A program made the position numbers and the translations under genes. Positions 9,500 through 18,731 of a stretch of DNA of 64,000 nt are shown here, piece after piece. Source of the stretch: an uncultured bacterium (lineage in GTDB: Bacteria > Methylomirabilota > Methylomirabilia > Methylomirabilales > CSP1-5); assembly GCA_964558395.1 (NCBI GenBank), contig CAZLDS010000007.1, positions 6,099 through 70,098 on the forward strand. The letters are read 5' to 3'. Under the pieces are notes generated by a model that saw only the letters and a program-made list of their open reading frames with translations, searched no databases and was not told where the DNA came from. Within the stretch, counting starts at the first letter, position 1. Each line of letters opens with the position of its first letter.

Positions 9500-11440
9500 T
9501 CACCCAGATGTGTCGCCGAGCCTCGCTACCACTCGCCCGGTCTCCGCCGTGTCGTAGCCGCCCAGGGCGTTGACCTCCTGCTTGAACTCTTTGCTGCTGA
9601 TCAGATTGAGAAAGGGGCTGAGCAGAGGGGAGTGGTAATGGAGTTCTGGGATGATCAGATCATAGCGTTCCCTCAGGAGAGGGACGAATTCCAGTTCGAG
9701 GGCCCGGGCCGCCGCGAGGATGCCGAGACCGACATCGGCCGCTCCCGACTTCACCGCCGCGGCCACAGCCAGATGGGTAAATTCCTCCCGCTCGTAGCCC
9801 GCGATCTGCGTCGGATCGATGCCGCGCTCCTTCAACTGATAATCCAATAGCACGCGGGTGCCCGCGCCCTTTTGCCGGTTGACGAATGCTACATCTTTCC
9901 GGGTCAGATCCTGGAGGGTGCGAATCTGCTTCGGATTTTCCTTCGGGAGAATGAGCCCCTGGTCCCGGTGAACCAGGGTCAGCACGACGACCTTCTCCCC
10001 CGACAACAGGCGGCCGACATAGGAGAGGTTGTACTCCCCGGTTTCCTCGTCCAAGAGGTGTGACCCGGCCATATGCGCCTCTTCTCGCTTCAGGGCCAAT
10101 AGCCCAGCTAGGCTCCCCACATTGGTCGACGAGAAACGCAGGGCAGGATCGATGCGCTGGAAGAGATTGGCAAGCAGATCGAGGGTCAGATCGTGACTCC
10201 CGATGGCGACGATGGTTTTCTCAGTTTCATCAGCTCGGCGCAGGAGTTCAACTGTGACGGTCGCCCCTGCATGGACCCCCTCGGAGAAGCGGGGAATCCG
10301 GATGAGGCCATCGGCTCGGACCAGGGACGTGATCACCCCAGCCCCCCGGGAGAGGGGGGTGGCCACCACCTTGTTCCCCACCTTCCCCAGCTTGACCCGC
10401 AGGAATTCATCCTCTCCAAGAGGAGAGAGCACCTTTCTGGTGATGGTGGCCTGAATGATTGGTCGCTCTGGAACCGCCGTCCCTTGGAACTGGTAGAGCA
10501 TCGGCTTGAGCAGAAGATCGGACGTGATGACCGTCGATACCGGGTAGCCCGGGATTCCGATCACGGGCTTTCCCCGCACGATGCCGAGAACCACCGGATG
10601 ACCCGGGCGGATGGCGATCCCGTGCACGAAGAGCTCGCCCAGGTCCTTGACGACGGCGGCGGTGAAATCCCCCGAGCCCGCCGAAGAGCCAGCATTGATG
10701 ATCACGACATCGTGGGTCGCGACCGCCTCCTCCACAACCGCCTTGATGCTGGAGAACTCGTCGGGGACGATGCCGTACCGTTGTGCCTCTCCTCCCCACT
10801 GCTCAATCATCCCAGCCAGCATCAGCGAATTGAACTCGATGATGTCGCCGGGCTTCACCGACGTCCCCGGCGGGACCAGCTCGCTGCCCGTGGGGATGAC
10901 GGCCACGCGGGGCTTGCGGCGGACCGCGACAGCATTCAGACCGCTTCCGGCAATTGCCCCCAGATCCACCGGAGTGAGCGTATGTCCCCCGGGCAGGATC
11001 AATTCGGTTGCAACCATGTCCTCCCCCATCGCCCGGACGTGCTGCCACGGAGCGACGGGGGCGTGAATTTCGAGCTCATCCTCGCTCACCGGGTAAAGAT
11101 GCTCCTGCATGATGACGGCATTAAGAGGGGGAAGGACGGGATCGCCCGTATCGACCCGCAAAAACTGCTCATCGGCCCGCAACCGGACCGGATTCACCTC
11201 TGAAGCGCCCCGGGTGTCTTCCGCCCTGACCGCGATTCCATCCATGGCTGCAGCATTGTAATGGGGGCTCGAAAGTCGCGCCCAGACCGCCTTGGCGGTC
11301 ACGCGCCCCAGTGCAGTATCCACCGGTACCACTTCACCGGGCAAAGGCTGGAGGAGATCCCGGGCCTTGAGGGCACCGAAGAATTTCTGGAGCGCTTCGT
11401 CGAGTGGGATCGGTTCGAGATAGACCTTGTGTCGTGCCAT
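9500..11440 (-). CDS. moeA: molybdopterin molybdenum/tungsten transferase MoeA fused to a C-terminal PBP-like domain
   Basis: The N-terminal ~400 aa are MoeA (SPHYNAAAMDGIAV, MoCF_biosynth region INAGSSAGSGDF, GIPGYPVS). The C-terminal ~240 aa form a PBP-like domain paralogous to the regulator at 5593. Confidence 0.85.
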   Translation of the reverse strand: MARHKVYLEPIPLDEALQKFFGALKARDLLQPLPGEVVPVDTALGRVTAKAVWARLSSPHYNAAAMDGIAVRAEDTRGASEVNPVRLRADEQFLRVDTGDPVLPPLNAVIMQEHLYPVSEDELEIHAPVAPWQHVRAMGEDMVATELILPGGHTLTPVDLGAIAGSGLNAVAVRRKPRVAVIPTGSELVPPGTSVKPGDIIEFNSLMLAGMIEQWGGEAQRYGIVPDEFSSIKAVVEEAVATHDVVIINAGSSAGSGDFTAAVVKDLGELFVHGIAIRPGHPVVLGIVRGKPVIGIPGYPVSTVITSDLLLKPMLYQFQGTAVPERPIIQATITRKVLSPLGEDEFLRVKLGKVGNKVVATPLSRGAGVITSLVRADGLIRIPRFSEGVHAGATVTVELLRRADETEKTIVAIGSHDLTLDLLANLFQRIDPALRFSSTNVGSLAGLLALKREEAHMAGSHLLDEETGEYNLSYVGRLLSGEKVVVLTLVHRDQGLILPKENPKQIRTLQDLTRKDVAFVNRQKGAGTRVLLDYQLKERGIDPTQIAGYEREEFTHLAVAAAVKSGAADVGLGILAAARALELEFVPLLRERYDLIIPELHYHSPLLSPFLNLISSKEFKQEVNALGGYDTAETGRVVARLGDTSG

Positions 11441-11442
11441 CG

Positions 11443-12672
11443 CTAGAATCGCCGGATTTCTACCATCTGCCCTGCCGAGAGGCCACCTACATCCAACGGA
11501 ATCGTGATGAGGCCGTGAGCCTTCATCAACGTAAAGATCAAGCTCGACTTGCCGAAGACCGGCTCCGCCAGGAACTCTCCCTCTCGCTCCACTAGTCGGA
11601 CCGGGATATAGTCTTCTCGACCGAAGGTGGAGGCAATGTTTTTGGTCAGGCGGGCCTGCACTGTGACCCGCTCCGGGGGCACGGTCCCCGCAAGGTGGTA
11701 GAGGATGGGGCGGACAAAGAGGTCGAAGGTGACAAACGTGGAGACGGGATTGCCCGGGAGACCGAAGACCGGCTTTTCACCGCAAACCGCCAGGATCGTG
11801 GGCTTACCCGGCTTCACGGCCACCCCATGCACCAGCACGCCTGGGCTTCCCAGCGTCTCGATGATCCCTGCCGTCATGTCTCTGGTGCTGACCGAGCTGC
11901 CCGCGGAAATGATTACAACATCCCCCTGAGCCATGCCACGCTCCGCGGCGTGCTTCAAGGCATTATAATCATCTCTGATAATTCCCAGCCGCACAGGAAT
12001 GCCCTCCGACTGGATGATCAGCGCGGAAAGGGTGTACGTGTTGATGTCCCGGATCTGTCCCGCACTTGGCTCGATTTCGGGTGGAACCACCTCATCACCC
12101 GTTGCGATGATCACAACGCGAGGCCGCTGAACGACAGGAACCGTAAGGATCCCAACCGCCAACAGCCCACCTAAGTCCTGGGAGCGGAGGCAATGCCCTT
12201 TGGGGAGGAGAAGCTCCCCCTGTTCCATATCCTCGCCGATTTGTACTACATTCTCGCCGGGTGCGACCGCGCGGTAGACCTCAATGGTCGTGGGATCCAC
12301 CATCTGAGTGTGCTCCACGATGACCACGGCATCGGCCCCTTGCGGGATCACCCCCCCCGTCGCAACGCTCACCACTTCCCCGGGACCGGCCTTTACCGTG
12401 GGAGACCGTCCCATGGGAACCTCCCCAACGACTTTGAGATACGCCGGCAGTCCGTCGCTCGCCCCAAAGGTATCCTGCGCGCGGACCGCATACCCATCCA
12501 TGTTCGACCGGAGAAAGGTGGGCAGTGGCGTGAGTGAGCGAATGTCCACAGCCAGGATTCGTCCCAGCGCCTCGTGGACAGGAACCTCCTCCATCGTCAG
12601 CGCGATCGGGAGACGATCCAAGAGACGCCGAAGAGCATCAGTAGGCGTAAGCACCTGAAAGAGTTCGGCCAT
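11443..12672 (-). CDS. moeA: molybdopterin molybdenumtransferase MoeA
   Basis: RSNMDGYAV, ISAGSSVSTRD, GLPGNPVS. ATG at 12672 is preceded by GGAGGG. The tracked start is 12699. The stop lies 2 nt before the next moeA start. Confidence 0.85.
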   Translation of the reverse strand: MAELFQVLTPTDALRRLLDRLPIALTMEEVPVHEALGRILAVDIRSLTPLPTFLRSNMDGYAVRAQDTFGASDGLPAYLKVVGEVPMGRSPTVKAGPGEVVSVATGGVIPQGADAVVIVEHTQMVDPTTIEVYRAVAPGENVVQIGEDMEQGELLLPKGHCLRSQDLGGLLAVGILTVPVVQRPRVVIIATGDEVVPPEIEPSAGQIRDINTYTLSALIIQSEGIPVRLGIIRDDYNALKHAAERGMAQGDVVIISAGSSVSTRDMTAGIIETLGSPGVLVHGVAVKPGKPTILAVCGEKPVFGLPGNPVSTFVTFDLFVRPILYHLAGTVPPERVTVQARLTKNIASTFGREDYIPVRLVEREGEFLAEPVFGKSSLIFTLMKAHGLITIPLDVGGLSAGQMVEIRRF

Positions 12673-12705
12673 CACTACCCTCCGCGCTTTTATGTCCAAC
12701 TATAC

Positions 12706-12733
12706 CCTATAACAAGTCGAAGAATCGGCTCAA
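12706..12733 (-). promoter_or_regulatory. candidate promoter of the moeA pair
   Basis: Minus strand: TTGAGC (12733-12728), 16-nt spacer, TGT-TATAGG (-10 at 12711-12706). It has the same TGTTATA core as the FDH promoter. Confidence 0.35.
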
Positions 12734-12849
12734 GCTTTATCCTGGCCATTCGGGGCGCCTGCTTTCCGGGAAGAGAGCGTCACGCAAGGCGCGAGGGCTC
12801 GACACGCTCCCCTGATGTTTTGAATGTGGATGGCGAGGCGAGGGACCGA

Positions 12850-13626
12850 TTATCCGACGGGGGCTGGCTCAGGGGCAGGGGTATAGAGGATCCGCTCCGG
12901 ATGGGTGTAGAGATTGAAACCATCGCCTCGGGCGTAGCCGATCAGGGTAATCCCCAGCTGTTTTGCTCCTTCGATCGCCAAGGTCGTAGGTGAGGTCCGC
13001 GAGATGATGAAGGGCGTCCCCATGTGGGCCCCTTTGCGAAGCATCTCGGATGAAATCCGCCCGGTGCTCAAGAGTACCCGTCCGCGGGTCGGGGTTTGCG
13101 TGAGCAGCGCTTCCCCCATGATCTTGTCCAAGGCGTTGTGGCGTCCAACATCCTCGGCAGCGATGAGCAGTTTCTCTCCGTCGCTCAGGGCCGCTCCGTG
13201 GACGCCTCGCGTGGCCATATACAGAGTGCAGGCATCAAAGAGCTGCCGCATGAGGGGGTAGACCTGCTCCGGCCGTAGCAGCTCGTCGGACATAATCGGA
13301 GGGTATTGCTGAAGCGCGAGCGAGAAAGTAATGCCCCCACTGCAACCCGATGTAAAGACGCGCCTGGTCGGGGCCGTGAACGGCTTGGTCAGCGTGACCT
13401 CGGCCAGGCCCATCTCGTCGTCGATCTCGAGCGAGGCGATCTCGTTCAGATCCTGGATGATCCCTTCGAAGGAGAGGAACCCCACGACGAGACAGTCCAG
13501 CTTGACCGGGGTACTCATCATTGTGGCAAGCTCTTGGCCATTCACCACAATCGAAAGGGGTCGCTCCGTGACGACCCCTTTTTCCAGTGCCTCGAATCGT
13601 CCCGCCTTGAATCGGTAAACCCCCAC
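12850..13626 (-). CDS. fdhD: formate dehydrogenase accessory sulfurtransferase FdhD
   Basis: GCSGG and VGRHNALDK motifs. GTG at 13626 lies 1 nt after the upstream stop, with GGAGGG 5 nt upstream. The tracked ATG at 13713 would overlap the upstream gene by 86 nt. Confidence 0.85.
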   Translation of the reverse strand: MGVYRFKAGRFEALEKGVVTERPLSIVVNGQELATMMSTPVKLDCLVVGFLSFEGIIQDLNEIASLEIDDEMGLAEVTLTKPFTAPTRRVFTSGCSGGITFSLALQQYPPIMSDELLRPEQVYPLMRQLFDACTLYMATRGVHGAALSDGEKLLIAAEDVGRHNALDKIMGEALLTQTPTRGRVLLSTGRISSEMLRKGAHMGTPFIISRTSPTTLAIEGAKQLGITLIGYARGDGFNLYTHPERILYTPAPEPAPVG

Positions 13627-13627
13627 C

Positions 13628-14650
13628 CTACCCTCCGAAGTAGAGGTTAAAGGGCCACTTGGAGGGGGGGAATGCAAGAGGCTTCTTGATATCACCCCCC
13701 CACACGATGACATACCGCAGGATCAGACCTCCGGCGAGCACCATTAGGAATTTGACATACAAGAGCCAGTCCGCGTGGACATGGAGGACCCTGACGAGGT
13801 AGACCTCTACGAGACTGGCGAGGAATGGGAGGGCCAGGGCTAACGCGATGACCCCCCACCAGAACCAGGAGGCGAGGTAGCCCGACGTGAGGATGTTGTA
13901 TACGAGCTTCTGGCCGACTGACCAGGAGGCGAAGGCTGCGAGCATCAGGTAGATCCAACCCGCCTCAAGGAGGATGACCAGCGTGTCGGCGAGGCTCAGG
14001 ACCCCGGCCGTCTCACTCGCCCCCCCCAACTCCCGGCCCACCATGCCTGACAATTTGAGGTGATCGGCCGCGAGCGCGGTTAACCCGCAGGCGGCCAACG
14101 CCGTGGAGAGTCCCGAGATGAGGAAGAGAATTGGGATGTATTTCGTATCCCAGAGGGGGGTAAACCAATAACCGCCGGCGATTTGCCAGGACCCGGACAG
14201 TAGAAATCCGGTGTAAAGAGCCATCAAAGCCCCAGTCGGAATAGAGAGGATGGCCACAATGACACGGTAGGATCGCTGCATCCGAAAGTACCAGAAGGCA
14301 GAGTACACAACGGCGAGGGGAAAAAAGATGCTGATGATCCAGCCGCCGATGGTCAGCCACGACTTGTAGTTGCTCATGAAAAGAGGGAACAAGATCCCGC
14401 GTTCCGGCTTCCCCAGGTGAAAGGTGAGTGCCAGGCCACCCACGATGATGATGGGCAGCGTGAGATACGTGGAAATCCGGGAAAGCGTCTGGTAGCGCTC
14501 GTCCTTCCCCCCGAGGAGATCTGCCAGGGCGGCGACAATCAAAGTCCCCCCCGCCATCCCTCCGAGAAAGAGATACCAGGGAATGTTAAAATGCACTCCC
14601 CACTTGCCGGTCTCGAGGATGATCGGTTGTAACTGCTCTACTGGTGGCAT
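13628..14650 (-). CDS. NrfD/PsrC-family integral membrane quinone-interacting subunit
   Basis: 340 aa with about 8-9 TM helices, directly downstream of the Mo/W catalytic and 4-cluster subunits. No heme-ligand pattern of FdnI type. Confidence 0.7.
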   Translation of the reverse strand: MPPVEQLQPIILETGKWGVHFNIPWYLFLGGMAGGTLIVAALADLLGGKDERYQTLSRISTYLTLPIIIVGGLALTFHLGKPERGILFPLFMSNYKSWLTIGGWIISIFFPLAVVYSAFWYFRMQRSYRVIVAILSIPTGALMALYTGFLLSGSWQIAGGYWFTPLWDTKYIPILFLISGLSTALAACGLTALAADHLKLSGMVGRELGGASETAGVLSLADTLVILLEAGWIYLMLAAFASWSVGQKLVYNILTSGYLASWFWWGVIALALALPFLASLVEVYLVRVLHVHADWLLYVKFLMVLAGGLILRYVIVWGGDIKKPLAFPPSKWPFNLYFGG

Positions 14651-14708
14651 GATCGTCTCTCCTGCCCGTCAGGCCAAAGAGGCTTGGCATACGGTCGCAC
14701 AAAACAAT

Positions 14709-14744
14709 CCCCACCGGCGACCCCGGAGAAGGGTACCGGTGGGG
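14709..14744 (-). terminator. intra-operonic GC-rich stem-loop (possible partial terminator or mRNA-stabilising hairpin)
   Basis: Perfect 9-bp inverted repeat CCCCACCGG...CCGGTGGGG, with an inner ACCC/GGGT extension. On the minus strand it is followed by AUUGUUUUGUG. Lies in the 138-nt gap between fdhB and the NrfD gene. Confidence 0.45.
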
Positions 14745-14788
14745 ATCCCGGTTACTCCCGTACAGAACGAGACGTTCGCTCCGAAGAA

Positions 14789-15391
14789 CTACCTACCTGG
14801 ATAGGCAGTCCCCCACCCCCAGGCGCCCCCGCCAGAGCCGCGGGCGGCCATCCGCGTCCGAACCACATTGGCCACCTCTTCGGCGTCCCCGGCCACCAGT
14901 GCCTTGGTCGAGCAGACCGAGGCGCACATGGGCAGCTTCCCCTCTGCGATCCGGTTAGACCCGTACGTCCGCAGCTCCGCTTCCGAGCCGGCTTCGGTCG
15001 GCCCACCAGCACAGTAGGTACACTTGTCCATGACACCCCGCGCCCCAAAGGGACTGGCCTTGGGGAATTGTGGCGCTCCAAAGGGACAGGCGTACAGGCA
15101 ATACCCACACCCGATGCAGGTCTCCTTGTTGACGTGAACGATCCCATCTGGCCGGTGGTAGAGGGCATCCACCGGACAGACAGCCACGCACGGTGCCTTG
15201 GAGCAGTGCATGCAAGGAACGGCGACGTTGGTCTCCCCCGGCACCCCCTCGTTCACCGTGACGACCCGGATGCGAGCAATGCCCTGCGGGACGTTATTCT
15301 CGTTCTTGCACGCGACCTCACAGCCGCCGCATTCGATGCAGCGCTTGACGTCGATGTAGAACTTCATCCGCGCAGGCGTCAATTGCGCCAT
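14789..15391 (-). CDS. fdhB: formate dehydrogenase iron-sulfur (four-cluster) subunit
   Basis: Four Cys clusters (CIECGGCEVAC, CMHCSKAPCVAVCP, CIGCGYCLYACP, CTYC...C). DmsB/PsrB/FdnH family, with no C-terminal TM helix. Confidence 0.85.
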   Translation of the reverse strand: MAQLTPARMKFYIDVKRCIECGGCEVACKNENNVPQGIARIRVVTVNEGVPGETNVAVPCMHCSKAPCVAVCPVDALYHRPDGIVHVNKETCIGCGYCLYACPFGAPQFPKASPFGARGVMDKCTYCAGGPTEAGSEAELRTYGSNRIAEGKLPMCASVCSTKALVAGDAEEVANVVRTRMAARGSGGGAWGWGTAYPGR

Positions 15392-15404
15392 AGATCACAC
15401 CTCC

Positions 15405-18242
15405 TTAGGCCTTCCGGATCCGGCAGAGGCCCGTCTTGGTTTCCGGCATCTGGGTGACCCGGTCGTAACCATAGTTGGTGACTGTGTTAGCCGATTCGCC
15501 GATGCCGTACGGCACCGTTCCCTCGGGGTATTTGTGGGCAAGCGACTTCCCCTGGAAAGAGCCACCCCAGTGGAAGGGGAGGAAGACGGTGTCGGGCCCC
15601 ACCCGGCGGGTCACCTTGGCCTTGACCTTGACCATGCTGGGATTGCCGTCCAAGTCTTCGGGCGACTCAATAATCATCCAGTCACCGTGCCTGATTCCGT
15701 GATCGTTCGCCAGCTTCGGGTGGATCTCGCAGTACATCTCGGGGTTCAGTTCGACGAGCCACCAGCAGGCCCGCTCGGCCGCACCGCCTCCTTCGAACTC
15801 GACCTGCCGGCCGGACGTCAGGATGATCGGGTATTTCTTCACCCAGTCCGGCTTCTGCATGCCTTTCCAGAGGGTCGGCACCCGATAGTGGTCCTTCACA
15901 TCGTCGTAGCTCGGGTACTTGGCCACGAGGTCGGGCCGCGGGCTGTGGAGGGGTTCCCGGTGCATCGGGATCGGATCCGGGATGTTCCAGGCCTTGAATC
16001 GGGCGCGGCCATTACCATAGGGGGCGAGCCCTTGGGCGATGGCCTCTTCGAATACCTTGCCGCTGAGATCGGTCTTCCAGTCCTTTTGCTCAGGATAACC
16101 ACCCTTGATGGAGCTCCGCACCGGCGCCGAGCCAGCCGACGCCAGCAGTGTCTTGCCGTCTGGCGCCTTGGGTCCCCAGCGGGCCCGGAAGCCCATGCCC
16201 CCCTCGGCCACCGGCACTTCGATACGGTACAGGACGGGAGAGCCGGGGTGCTTCTCGGTCCAGCAGGGCCAGGGGAGACCCCAGTACTCGCCGTTGACAG
16301 GCCCGCCTTCGGCCTGCTTGTTTTGCACGGTAAAGGCGTGCGCCCACTCTTGCTGCCGCTTCATCCGCTCGGGGGTCTGGCCGGTCATGCCGATGGTCCG
16401 CATGCCGAGGTTCCACTCCCGAACGATGGAGTCGATGGTCTCTTCCGGAAGCTCCTTGGCCTCCTTTGTGTTCTTCGGCACACCCTTCCAGTTGCCCCGC
16501 TTGCTATGGATCAGTTTATCCTTGAGCCCGAGCCGATCGGCCAAGTCGACCAAAATTGCCAGGTCGGTCCGAGACTCCCAGACTGGCGGCACCACTCGAT
16601 TCCGCCACTGGATATCCCGGTTCGAGTTGGTGACGCTGGTCCATTGCTCGTACTGGGTGGCTGCGGGCAAGATATAGACTCCGTCTTTTCGATCGGTGAT
16701 CACTGGCGTGTTGGTCACGAAGGGGTCGATATCCACGAGCAGCTCGACCTTATCGAGGGCCCGCTTGCCGCGGTCCACCTGGGATATCGAGTTACTGCTA
16801 TGACCCCAGAAGATTGCGGCATGGACGTTTACCCCGCCGTTACTCAGCTCCTTCTTGGCATCCATCAGGACGCCCTCGTACCACCGAGCGACGGTGAAGC
16901 CCTTACTGTTAAAGGTCTTGGGGTTAAACCGGCCCTTGACCCAGTTGAAATCGACGTCCCAGACGTTACTCCAATGCTTGAACGCCTTCTCGGAGAGGCC
17001 GTAGTACCCTGGCAGGGTGTTCGAGAGCACACCGAGGTCGGTGGCTCCCTGGACGTTGTCGTGACCCCGGAAGACATTGGCGCCGCCACCCCGCACCCCC
17101 ATGTTACCGAGGAGGAGCTGCAGCACACAGTAGGAGCGCGTATTGCACGTGCCGTTCGTGTGCTGGGTCCCGCCCATCGCCCAGATGATCGTCCCCGGCC
17201 GGTTGTCCGCCATCGTCTTGGCCATCCGGTGGAGATCCTCCTTGGAGACACCGGTGATGTTGGCGACGGTGTCCGGATCGTACTTCTTGATCACCTCGAC
17301 CAACTCGTCGAACCCGTAGGTCCGTTCGTTGATCATCTTCCGGTCTTCCCAGCCGTTGGCCAGGATGATGTTGCAGAGCCCGTAGATGAGCGCCACGTCG
17401 GTTCCTGAGCGGTGGCGGTAGTACTGATTGGCAAAGGCCGAGGTTTTCGTAAACCGGGGATCGCAGTTGATGACTTGCGCCTTGTTCACCTCTTTGGCGA
17501 CCAGGATATGCTGCATGGAGATCGGGTGGGACTCGGCACAGTTCTCGCCGATGATAAAGATGGCCCGGCTGTTGCGAATGTCGTTCATCGAGTTGGTCAT
17601 GGCGCCGTAGCCCCAGACATTGGCGAGCCCCGCGACGGTGGTCGAATGACAGATGCGGGCCTGGTGATCGATGTTATTGGAACCCCACAGGGCAGCGAAC
17701 TTCCGGAGGGAATACGCCATCTCGTTGCCGTGGTGGGCCGAGCCGAGGATCATCAGCGCGTCCGGGCCGTGCTTTTTTCGGATCTGTTCAAGCTTCGCGG
17801 TAATCTCGGACATCGCCTGGTCCCAGCTGATCCGCTTCCACTTCCCTCCTTCGAGCTTCATCGGGTACCGGAGGCGCTTCTCGCTGATCACGTGCTCGCG
17901 CCCCGCGGCCCCCTTGGAGCAGAGGCTGCCCTGGTTGATGGGGTGCTCAAACCATGGCTCGATGCTGACCCAAACCCCGTTTTGCTCTTCCCCGACGAAC
18001 CCACACCCGACCGCGCAGTTGCCGCAGATCGTCTTGTGCTGGTTCAGCTTGGGGGCTTCAACCGCCGCGGCGGCCTCGCGAGTCAGGGGGCCGGGTAGGG
18101 CAGAACTGACCACCCCGGCGCCGATACCGATGCCGGCCGCCCTCAGGAAGTTGCGGCGATCAATAACGGGGTTGAGCTTGTCGAGCCATGAGGGCGAAGC
18201 CTTGGCCTCGCTCGCTCTTACTCTTCGTAGCGTCATCCCCAT
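15405..18242 (-). CDS. fdhA: formate dehydrogenase catalytic subunit (Mo/W-bisPGD), Tat-exported, cysteine type
   Basis: Twin-arginine signal DRRNFLRAAG. N-terminal 4Fe-4S site CGNCAVGCG. Active-site stretch HQARICHSTTVAGL aligns with the FdnG/FdhA HQARxUH motif, with Cys in place of Sec. FRGHDNVQG contains the conserved Arg-His. Confidence 0.9.
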   Translation of the reverse strand: MGMTLRRVRASEAKASPSWLDKLNPVIDRRNFLRAAGIGIGAGVVSSALPGPLTREAAAAVEAPKLNQHKTICGNCAVGCGFVGEEQNGVWVSIEPWFEHPINQGSLCSKGAAGREHVISEKRLRYPMKLEGGKWKRISWDQAMSEITAKLEQIRKKHGPDALMILGSAHHGNEMAYSLRKFAALWGSNNIDHQARICHSTTVAGLANVWGYGAMTNSMNDIRNSRAIFIIGENCAESHPISMQHILVAKEVNKAQVINCDPRFTKTSAFANQYYRHRSGTDVALIYGLCNIILANGWEDRKMINERTYGFDELVEVIKKYDPDTVANITGVSKEDLHRMAKTMADNRPGTIIWAMGGTQHTNGTCNTRSYCVLQLLLGNMGVRGGGANVFRGHDNVQGATDLGVLSNTLPGYYGLSEKAFKHWSNVWDVDFNWVKGRFNPKTFNSKGFTVARWYEGVLMDAKKELSNGGVNVHAAIFWGHSSNSISQVDRGKRALDKVELLVDIDPFVTNTPVITDRKDGVYILPAATQYEQWTSVTNSNRDIQWRNRVVPPVWESRTDLAILVDLADRLGLKDKLIHSKRGNWKGVPKNTKEAKELPEETIDSIVREWNLGMRTIGMTGQTPERMKRQQEWAHAFTVQNKQAEGGPVNGEYWGLPWPCWTEKHPGSPVLYRIEVPVAEGGMGFRARWGPKAPDGKTLLASAGSAPVRSSIKGGYPEQKDWKTDLSGKVFEEAIAQGLAPYGNGRARFKAWNIPDPIPMHREPLHSPRPDLVAKYPSYDDVKDHYRVPTLWKGMQKPDWVKKYPIILTSGRQVEFEGGGAAERACWWLVELNPEMYCEIHPKLANDHGIRHGDWMIIESPEDLDGNPSMVKVKAKVTRRVGPDTVFLPFHWGGSFQGKSLAHKYPEGTVPYGIGESANTVTNYGYDRVTQMPETKTGLCRIRKA

Positions 18243-18257
18243 TCCTCCCTCCTACCT

Positions 18258-18455
18258 CTAGGTGTAGAGGGTCTTGTAATATCTTTCGACATCCTCGGTG
18301 CGGCGGTACAGGATCGGCTCCGTAGTCTTCGACTTCTTCTTGGGCGCTGCCGTGGCTTTTTTCCCGCTGAGTCCTAAGGCCGCCGTGACACCAGCGCCGG
18401 TCAGAAGCCCCATCAGGAACTTCCTGCGGCCGCTATTGGATCTACTTTCGCTCAT
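18258..18455 (-). CDS. small twin-arginine protein of the 'formate dehydrogenase region TAT target' type
   Basis: 65 aa with SGRRKFLMG Tat motif. C-terminal YRRTEDVERYY fits the family motif Y-[HRK]-x-[TS]-x-H-[IV]-x-x-[YF]-Y except Asp in place of His. Lies 15 nt upstream of fdhA. Confidence 0.7.
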   Translation of the reverse strand: MSESRSNSGRRKFLMGLLTGAGVTAALGLSGKKATAAPKKKSKTTEPILYRRTEDVERYYKTLYT

Positions 18456-18479
18456 ACAGATATCCCCCTTTCCTTGGCG

Positions 18480-18731
18480 TCAGCTGATGCAGGTCAGGGA
18501 GCTACATACACTGGAACCATCTTCCAGCTCGGCGTGCTCGAACTCGACTAGGTATCCTTCATGAAGATCCTCGAGGCTCCCCCCTTGGGTCCCCATGGTC
18601 TCTTCCTCGGCCACTTCAATGATGAGGTCCTCCGGGAACCTCACCGTCACCTCCTTTCCATTCGACGTTTCGATCACTGCCGTGCGGCTCAGTCGGTCCA
18701 ACTTTCTCACGGTCCCCTCGTTCAAGCACAT
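18480..18731 (-). CDS. small acidic protein of unknown function, first ORF of the FDH operon
   Basis: 83-84 aa ORF (ATG at 18731, or GTG at 18734) preceded by AAGGGGG. Lies 24 nt upstream of the TAT-target gene. Asp/Glu-rich with a Cys-containing C-terminus. Confidence 0.45.
   Translation of the reverse strand: MCLNEGTVRKLDRLSRTAVIETSNGKEVTVRFPEDLIIEVAEEETMGTQGGSLEDLHEGYLVEFEHAELEDGSSVCSSLTCIS

Noticed and set aside
15534-17408. 624-aa ORF on the plus strand
   Set aside because: It is entirely antisense to fdhA, which has unambiguous family motifs. Its translation is low-complexity and rich in Arg, Pro, Gly and Leu, with no motif, which is a typical GC-rich shadow ORF.
15405-18242. Selenocysteine recoding in fdhA
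   Set aside because: The active-site position is encoded by a Cys codon within an uninterrupted frame. There is no in-frame TGA, and therefore no need for a SECIS element.
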